From: Bacteroidales bacterium UBA6117 | GTDB taxonomy: Bacteria; Bacteroidota; Bacteroidia; Bacteroidales; VadinHA17 | Assembly: GCA_002428385.1 (NCBI GenBank) | Contig: DIWB01000066.1 | Location: forward strand, 21,499-85,498 | DNA length: 64,000 nt | Direction of reading: 5' to 3' | Shown: positions 58,773 through 64,000 of the stretch, in pieces | Numbering within the stretch: the first letter of the stretch is position 1 | How the letters are laid out: each line of letters starts with the position of its first letter | The notes under the pieces: model-generated | Told to the model about the DNA's origin: nothing | The model's database searches: none | Seen by the model: the letters and a program-made list of their open reading frames with translations, nothing else | Translations under genes and position numbers: made by a program

Positions 58773-59003
58773 TTTTCCTGTTCCGAGCGGTTTCACTGGG
58801 ATGAAAAAGATAAATAACAGATTTTTAAGCTATAATAGAGATTTTTACTGCGAATATTGGTGTCCCGTCCTATGTTTTTTGGGATGGTTACACGTCGGAG
58901 GGTTGGCAGGAGCCGTAGTTCTTCAGGCTTGAGGGTAGACTTCCATTCCGATTGCGATCAGTAGATATCGGGACGATCCCACCCGGTTTAGTAGCATTAT
59001 TAT

Positions 59004-59247
59004 CAATCCAGCCTTGAAGGCTGGCCTTCCAGTAGCCCCGGTCCCATCCGGGGCGGGGGTATTTTTGCCAATCCCACCCCGGAGGGGTGGCCTTCATGCT
59101 TCATGGTTATGTTATGAAAATGTAATGTAACCTGGCTGTGGAATAAATTGTTGGAAGTCAACCCTTCCAGGGTTGTTCGTATTGTGTGGTGCATTTTTCC
59201 CGGGGTGGAACCCGGGCTACTGGAAGTCGACACCCCAGGTGTCGTTA
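59004..59247. repeat. composite imperfect palindrome made of six GC-rich stem-loops (three per arm) around an AT-rich centre
   Basis: Stem-loops: 59008-59024 (CCAGCC/GGCTGG), 59036-59053 (CCCCGG/CCGGGG), 59074-59090 (CCACCCC/GGGGTGG), 59159-59175 (CAACCC/GGGTTG), 59199-59216 (CCCGGG/CCCGGG), 59229-59243 (GACACC/GGTGTC). The core CTTCCAGTAGCCCCGG (59026-59041) is the reverse complement of 59212-59226 apart from one extra C. Confidence 0.8.
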
Positions 59248-59340
59248 AAAGATATCCTGAATGTTTGATACGTCAGAAAATTCTGGAAATATTAACCTCA
59301 TCTTGGCTTTGGGTGTCTTTCGCACAAAGCAGGAAAAAAC

Positions 59341-59415
59341 AAAAGGCAAAAGTAGGAAAAAAAAGGGGAAAGTCATGAAAGTCATGCAGGTCGTGCAAGT
59401 CGTGCAAGTCTTTTC
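59341..59415. repeat. direct repeat copy 2 (75 nt)
   Basis: AAAAGGCAAAAGTAGG-A8-GGGGAAA + GTCATGAAA GTCATGCAG GTCGTGCAA GTCGTGCAA GTC + TTTTC. Same order as copy 1. Confidence 0.85.
59347..59354 (-). promoter_or_regulatory. orphan duplicate -7 box TACTTTTG inside direct-repeat copy 2
   Basis: Plus strand reads caaaagta, in the same position within the repeat as the hisS box. It points into the 563-nt hairpin-rich spacer, not at a gene. Confidence 0.3.
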
Positions 59416-59461
59416 AATTTGAGGACCTGCAAGACCGCAAGACCTGCATGACCTGCAAGAC
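59355..59461 (-). terminator. long imperfect hairpin plus U-tract immediately after the ppk2 stop
   Basis: Arms 59424-59461 and 59372-59410 are inverted arrays of the 9-mer. By hand pairing I count ~31 pairs including G-U, with a 13-nt loop. On the minus strand the hairpin is followed by UUUCCCCUUUUUUUU. It starts 6 nt after the ppk2 stop codon. Confidence 0.55.
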
Positions 59462-59466
59462 AGTTC

Positions 59467-60330
59467 TTAATACTTCTCCGGCACGAAATTCTGCTCGGTG
59501 ATCGGAGGCCTGACGTAAGCTACATCATGGTTAAGGGGGGGCAGCCTGATTGATTTCTGAGTAAGATCCTTGTAGGGAATCATCGAAAGAAGGTGGTCGA
59601 TGCAATTCAGCCTGGCTCTCCGCTTGTCATCGGCCGGTACCACATACCAGGGCGACTGCCGTGTATCGGTATAAGAGAACATCTTGTCCTTGGCCATGGA
59701 ATACTCGACCCATTTTTCGCGCGACTCCACGTCCATCTGGCTTATCTTCCAGCGTTTTGCAGGATCCTTAATCCGGTCCTGAAAACGATTTTCCTGCTCC
59801 TTATCGCTTATGGAAAACCAGTATTTTATCAGAATTACGCCTGATCTTATCAGCATTCTTTCAAATTCGGGGCACGACCTCAGGAATTCCTCATATTCCT
59901 CATCGGTGCAGAAGCCCATGACCTTCTCAACACCTGCCCTGTTGTACCAGCTCCTGTCGAACAGCACTATCTCACCTCCTGAAGGAAGCTCAGATACATA
60001 ACGCTGGAAATACCATTGTGTTTTTTCCTTTTCGGTGGGGACGCCCAGTGCAACTATTCTGCATATTCTTGGATTCAGACAGCCTGCAATTGTCTTTATC
60101 ACACCTCCCTTGCCTGCAGCATCGCGTCCCTCGAAAATAACCACCACCTTAAGTCTGTTGGCCTTCACCCATTCCTGGAGCTTCACCAGTTCGATCTCCA
60201 GATCGCGGAGCTTCTTCAGGTACCCGGCACTCCCCAGTTTATCACGCTTTTCAGCCTTGATGTCGTGATATAGATCTTTTTTCTCAAAAACCTCAATCCT
60301 GGGTTTCTTGTCTTTTTTGTCTTTTGTCAT
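59467..60330 (-). CDS. ppk2: polyphosphate kinase 2
   Basis: 287 aa. VVIFEGRDAAGKGG Walker A and FDRSWYNR motifs. Confidence 0.9.
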   Translation of the reverse strand: MTKDKKDKKPRIEVFEKKDLYHDIKAEKRDKLGSAGYLKKLRDLEIELVKLQEWVKANRLKVVVIFEGRDAAGKGGVIKTIAGCLNPRICRIVALGVPTEKEKTQWYFQRYVSELPSGGEIVLFDRSWYNRAGVEKVMGFCTDEEYEEFLRSCPEFERMLIRSGVILIKYWFSISDKEQENRFQDRIKDPAKRWKISQMDVESREKWVEYSMAKDKMFSYTDTRQSPWYVVPADDKRRARLNCIDHLLSMIPYKDLTQKSIRLPPLNHDVAYVRPPITEQNFVPEKY

Positions 60331-60401
60331 GTCGGAACGGGTAAATCAGATTAGAAATATACAAATTTCTTATCTGACAGACCTCTTCCGGCACAAAAAT
60401 A

Positions 60402-60758
60402 TTACTGAATGAAAGGGATGCTTATCGGGTACCTGAATTCTTCACCCTTTGAAGCTTTAACGCTTGCTATCACAGCACATATCACTTCAAGGAAACCGAG
60501 AAATACGAGTATCGGTATACCCACAATTATAAAAACCAGGGGAATTGCAAGGACCATGTATAATAAAATGGAGAGCTGGAAATTCAAGGCCTGCTTTCCG
60601 TTAAAGTCGACCCATTGGGATTCATCCTTCCTCGAAAGCCAGCAGATCAGGGGGCCAAGGATTCCGCCGAAGGGGAAAAAATACCCTGCAAACGTGGAAA
60701 GATGGCACAACATGGCCCAGTTCCTTTCGCTTTCCGACAATTCTCTTATCTCTTTCAT
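60402..60758 (-). CDS. DUF4870-like small membrane protein
   Basis: 118 aa. ERNWAMLCHLS...GPLI.WL motif followed by two or three TM helices. Confidence 0.6.
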   Translation of the reverse strand: MKEIRELSESERNWAMLCHLSTFAGYFFPFGGILGPLICWLSRKDESQWVDFNGKQALNFQLSILLYMVLAIPLVFIIVGIPILVFLGFLEVICAVIASVKASKGEEFRYPISIPFIQ

Positions 60759-60805
60759 AACAATTCTTTTACAAAAAGACGCTGTTATTACGGTATTGCT
60801 GCATT

Positions 60806-61651
60806 TCAGGGCCTGACAAAACGCTTAAGGTCGGAAGGTAAAAGCCCGTTGGGATTATTCTTGTCGATCTTGTGCTGATCGTAGTAATACAAACCCGAAT
60901 CGTCGGTTCCGAAAAGCATCTTGTAGCAGAATCCTGAGGTGGCATCCTCCCCGGGACCCACTTTGTGAAGGATCAGGGTATTGGGCGTCTTTTCGCGTAT
61001 GGCTTTAACAATCTCATCTTCCGGAACAATCTCAAAATCGTAGGGATAGACTGATTTAATTTTATCGATTGTGCCGAGGCCGTCGGATAGATCGGCTTCG
61101 GTTGCAAGTATCTTCCTGCTTCGGACATCGGGAGTGAACCTGTTGTAATAACTAAGGAATCTTCTGCCTATCATTGCCGGATTTTCAGCTATCAGACGGG
61201 CATGATTCTGCATGAACAGCAAAATTGCCCCCAGCTTATAACCGTATTCCAGGTCATCCTCACCGCCGGCCGAAAGGGGAATGGCGGAAATCTCAGGCAT
61301 CCTGCCAAGTTCCGTGACAGCTTTCCCCTGGAGAAGGTTGATAAAATTATATGACGATCCTAATTTATCGTTGGAAGGCCGGGTTTCAGTAAGAATCAGG
61401 AAGGAAAAGGAAGGATCGGTCCGTTTCGGGTCAAAATCGCTCAGACTGATGAACTCGTAAGGAGTAACGGTCCAGTATTCCTTAACCGCCTGCCGGATGT
61501 AGGCATTGTATATAGTGTTGCCACCCTCGAGAACAACGCATGTCGTGGATGACATGAACTGCTTTATTTCATTGCCTGAAGGAAAAGGGGCCTGTCCTGG
61601 CAGCAATCCGCAGAAGGCTGTCAGCAGAACGAACAAAAAAAGTTTCTTCAT
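60806..61651 (-). CDS. hypothetical secreted protein
   Basis: 281 aa with a signal peptide (MKKLFLFVLLTAFCGLLPGQ). No family recognised. Its start codon directly abuts the stop of the upstream gene (TAAATG). Confidence 0.45.
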   Translation of the reverse strand: MKKLFLFVLLTAFCGLLPGQAPFPSGNEIKQFMSSTTCVVLEGGNTIYNAYIRQAVKEYWTVTPYEFISLSDFDPKRTDPSFSFLILTETRPSNDKLGSSYNFINLLQGKAVTELGRMPEISAIPLSAGGEDDLEYGYKLGAILLFMQNHARLIAENPAMIGRRFLSYYNRFTPDVRSRKILATEADLSDGLGTIDKIKSVYPYDFEIVPEDEIVKAIREKTPNTLILHKVGPGEDATSGFCYKMLFGTDDSGLYYYDQHKIDKNNPNGLLPSDLKRFVRP

Positions 61652-62434
61652 TTACAGTTCCTGGTTTGATGGAATATACAGAGGATTCCTTTCATTAAAC
61701 TTGCGTATGTAAACAAACATAAGGTCCTTTCTCTTTTTTCTCGGCAGATTCATGTACTCCTCATACAATCCCGTATCCTTCATAAGGAGAAGCTCTGTAT
61801 TCTCAACATCATATTCAAGAACATTGCCCGTCTCAAAATCAATAAGATACTGTCTCAGTTCATTGCGTCCCACATTGTTCCTGCCATAGGGTGAATAATA
61901 AGAACCGTATGGAGAATAATAATTCCCGTAGGAATAAGGGCTGTACAGGCCGTACGGATACCTGCTGTATGGAGAATAGCCGTAAGGATCATAATATCCG
62001 TAGGGAGAATTATAATACCTGTTGTCATATGAGGTAACATCGGCAACAAAATGACAGATGCTCCCTATGAAGGTGATCCTGTTGAAATTTCCCTGTACCT
62101 GAACATACAGTATGCCATTTCTGGCGAAAGCCCAAATTTCCGACTTGTCAATTTCCTGCCTTACACCCATGCCGTCATAGAAATAGATCTTTTCTGACTC
62201 CAGCAGATTCTTGAAAAAGTCCTTGTCGTTGTAGTCAGTGGAAGTCAGAATCTTTGCCTTGGGTATGGGACTGTTTGTCTTTACCTGGTCGAAATTCAGA
62301 TAAACGCCATCGTTGAAGCGGAAGTCGGTGGTATATTCCACCATCCCTTCATTTTTCTGCCCGGCAGCCTGGTAAAAAGCGCCGCCGGCAGCAATCACTG
62401 CAAGCATCAGCAAAACCCGGATTATCGTCTTCAT
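61652..62434 (-). CDS. hypothetical secreted protein with a Tyr/Pro/Ser/Gly-rich (SPYG-repeat) insert
   Basis: 260 aa with a signal peptide. Residues ~136-184 (61883-62029) read YDNRYYNSPYGYYDPYGYSPYSRYPYGLYSPYSYGNYYSPYGSYYSPYG. No family recognised. Confidence 0.45.
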   Translation of the reverse strand: MKTIIRVLLMLAVIAAGGAFYQAAGQKNEGMVEYTTDFRFNDGVYLNFDQVKTNSPIPKAKILTSTDYNDKDFFKNLLESEKIYFYDGMGVRQEIDKSEIWAFARNGILYVQVQGNFNRITFIGSICHFVADVTSYDNRYYNSPYGYYDPYGYSPYSRYPYGLYSPYSYGNYYSPYGSYYSPYGRNNVGRNELRQYLIDFETGNVLEYDVENTELLLMKDTGLYEEYMNLPRKKRKDLMFVYIRKFNERNPLYIPSNQEL

Positions 62435-62483
62435 ATTGGCAGATGATTTTATATCCGAAGGATCAAAAATTATACCATAAAAA

Positions 62484-62491
62484 CAAAAATA
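62484..62491 (-). promoter_or_regulatory. -7 box TATTTTTG upstream of the Tyr-rich protein operon
   Basis: Plus strand reads caaaaata. 49 nt before the ATG at 62434. Confidence 0.35.
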
Positions 62492-62549
62492 AGATTTTCC
62501 CCTAAAGGAACGTTATATCAAGGTATGTATATTTATCATCAATTATTTT

Positions 62550-62557
62550 TATATTTG
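62550..62557 (+). promoter_or_regulatory. -7 box TATATTTG upstream of the hybrid kinase
   Basis: Exact TAnnTTTG, 29 nt before the ATG at 62587. Confidence 0.4.
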
Positions 62558-62586
62558 GACTTCTGCAATGAATCTATCACTTTGTT

Positions 62587-63927
62587 ATGGAAATAAACAG
62601 TAACGGAACGGCTGATTCCGGGCCTCATTGTTCTGAGGAAGAGTATGCAAAACGAAAAAACCTGATCGAGACTTATTCAATAATCTCGCTCGTCTGTCTC
62701 ATTCTTGCAGTAATTCTCATTTCCTTCGGTGTTCGTCTGCCTGCCGGAATACTTATTATCGCAGGCGCCACAATGGTGATTATGATAACCCGCAAATCAG
62801 GAACTCTCCTGAGAACAGCGAGGGCATCGATTGAAGAAGCCTCCTCGTCAAGTGAGAAAAAGGAAGATGTCATAGCAGGATTTTCTCACAGGATAAGAGA
62901 GCCTCTCAATAATCTTGTCGTTATCTCCGACCTGCTGTTAAACACCGATCTGCAGAAAAAACAAAAAGAACTTGTCGAGACCTTCGTCGCCTCCACAAAC
63001 AACATGGTGACCATTGTTAATGAATTAACAATGGAATCGGCAGGGAACATCAGCTACGGATCAAGAAAACCCATAAGATACAATATGCTTTCCACGATCC
63101 AGAACACTATTGACCTCTTCAAACAGAAGGATAAGGCAAACCTCGACTTTATTTTCAGCAGAAAGGATTACAGTGAATATGAATGCAGCGGCGATCCGAT
63201 AATAATCAAACAGATCCTTCTCGATATTTTCAATACTATTGAAGCCCAGGGATCAGGAATGCCAACCAAAGTCACTATAAACCTGAGGAAAGAAAGGCAA
63301 TCGGAACATGTGAATAATATTGATATCAGGATACAGACTGACAGAAAAATAAGCTTCATTGAAAATGAAGGCACTTATGGTCAGCTTGCCTCGCGGCTGA
63401 TTGCCCGTAAAAAAGGGAGATACAGCCAGGAACAGGGCGAAAATTTCTCGGTGCTGACGGTAAGCATTCCATTTGCCAGTCCTGCTGCCGGACAAATTCT
63501 CCCAGGGCAACCGGAACCAGTTGACAGTCAGGCAAAGGAAAGGATACGAAAAGACATGAAAGATGCAAGGATCCTCCTGGTTGAAGATAATCTTATTAAC
63601 CAGAAGATCACTATTCTGACGCTAAAGCCGCTTGTCGGCTTCATCGACACGGCGTCGAACGGCCGGGAGGCTATAGAGAAACTCGGGGAGGCAAATTACG
63701 ATCTTATCCTGATGGATATCGTCATGCCTGTTATGGACGGAATAATGGCGGCTGAAAAAATCCGTGAAATGGAAGATGGTTCAGGAATTCATATTCCGAT
63801 TATTGCAATAACGGCAAATGCCATGATAGGCGACAGGGAAAAATGTCTCTCGGCAGGAATCGACGATTATATCTCAAAACCTTTTCAGCCTTCGGCCCTT
63901 GTGGAAAAGATAAGTCAGCTGCTTTGA
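62587..63927 (+). CDS. hybrid sensor histidine kinase / response regulator
   Basis: Two TM helices, HisKA H-box ([10 protein letters not shown]), a divergent HATPase region, and a C-terminal receiver ([10 protein letters not shown]...[14 protein letters not shown]...ISKPF). Confidence 0.75.
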   Translation: MEINSNGTADSGPHCSEEEYAKRKNLIETYSIISLVCLILAVILISFGVRLPAGILIIAGATMVIMITRKSGTLLRTARASIEEASSSSEKKEDVIAGFSHRIREPLNNLVVISDLLLNTDLQKKQKELVETFVASTNNMVTIVNELTMESAGNISYGSRKPIRYNMLSTIQNTIDLFKQKDKANLDFIFSRKDYSEYECSGDPIIIKQILLDIFNTIEAQGSGMPTKVTINLRKERQSEHVNNIDIRIQTDRKISFIENEGTYGQLASRLIARKKGRYSQEQGENFSVLTVSIPFASPAAGQILPGQPEPVDSQAKERIRKDMKDARILLVEDNLINQKITILTLKPLVGFIDTASNGREAIEKLGEANYDLILMDIVMPVMDGIMAAEKIREMEDGSGIHIPIIAITANAMIGDREKCLSAGIDDYISKPFQPSALVEKISQLL

Positions 63928-64000
63928 CATTTGAATTAGATTGCCGGCAGGATGCCATACTGAACCAGAACTGATAAGTGCACATTTGATTTCTGCCAAT

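Larger units (their letters stand above)
58694..58777. repeat. direct repeat copy 1 (84 nt): AAAAGGCAAAATTAGG-A8-GGGGAAA + 9-mer array + GTCTTTTC
   Basis: Aligns by eye with 59341-59415. Differences are one T/G substitution and the number and type of 9-mers. Confidence 0.85.

Noticed and set aside
58683-58796. N-terminal extension of the hisS ORF ([29 protein letters not shown]...) in the ORF track.
   Set aside because: It starts at GTG and is simply the 9-bp DNA repeat read in frame. HisS homology begins at [12 protein letters not shown] (ATG at 58682), and a TAATTTTG box lies inside the supposed extension.
58800-59340. Whether the island is a known structured RNA (RNase P RNA, tmRNA, tRNA, SRP or 6S RNA).
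   Set aside because: TGGAAGTC and GAACCCGGGCTAC resemble the RNase P CR-I/CR-V strings only superficially and are ~60 nt apart instead of ~250 nt. I found no tRNA-like T-arm (GTTCGAATC type), acceptor pairing, tmRNA tag frame or SRP GGAA/AGCA motif. I cannot exclude families I do not remember, so an Rfam scan is needed.
58888-59378. Three ORF-track ORFs inside the island (69, 76 and 76 aa, including the GW-rich MKATPPGWDWQKYPRPGWDRGYW...).
   Set aside because: They overlap one another on both strands. Their repeats are the translation of the GC-rich stem-loops. They have no recognisable fold, signal peptide or family. They are best explained as non-coding hairpin DNA.
58725-59461. CRISPR array, given the short direct repeats.
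   Set aside because: The units are 9 bp, directly abutting with no spacers, and the second set is inverted to form a hairpin. There are no cas genes in the window.
1-64000. Mobile elements, prophage, defence islands or biosynthetic clusters at window scale.
   Set aside because: No integrase, transposase, phage structural, restriction-modification, toxin-antitoxin, cas, NRPS/PKS or similar signatures appear in any frame I read. Gene content and order are core Bacteroidota housekeeping apart from the items listed as findings.

Overview
This 64-kb window reads as a Bacteroidota chromosomal segment. The phylum call is an inference from PorP/SprF, GldD/GldE, a T9SS C-terminal sorting domain, the uppS-bamA-skp-skp-murI block, and many TAnnTTTG -7 boxes at sensible distances from start codons. 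It is gene-dense, with about 62 protein genes, almost all housekeeping (cofactor, lipid, envelope, translation, central metabolism). I recognised no rRNA, tRNA, CRISPR array, transposase, integrase or known defence genes.

Four things stand out:
1. Two tandem paralogous giant proteins (12576-19012) sit directly downstream of korAB. Each combines receiver-like modules with a PPDK_N/PpsA-type ATP-grasp domain and a conserved C-terminal GPGRWG...G[ST]HFF block. I know of no characterised function for this architecture.
2. A 784-nt non-coding island lies between hisS and ppk2 (58683-59466). It contains a duplicated ~80-nt segment carrying a 9-bp microsatellite and a promoter-like box, a long hairpin built from the 9-mers, and a ~245-bp composite palindrome made of six GC-rich stem-loops whose stems differ between copies but stay complementary.
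3. A 29-codon Lys/Arg-rich ORF (48227-48316) is absent from the ORF track and looks like the Bacteroidota bS22-type small ribosomal protein.
4. A terminator-like hairpin lies orphaned inside a 448-bp divergent intergenic region (43015-48).

Smaller oddities:
- a secreted protein with a 41% tyrosine SPYG-repeat insert
- a GGGPS-family (archaeal-type ether-lipid) gene
- a hybrid kinase with a degenerate ATP lid
- a 59-codon frame with one in-frame TGA that fills a convergent gap

All calls rest on reading the translations and the DNA by eye. No HMM searches, folding energies or database searches were run. Start codons are marked where the ORF track begins at TTG/GTG and an ATG looks more likely.
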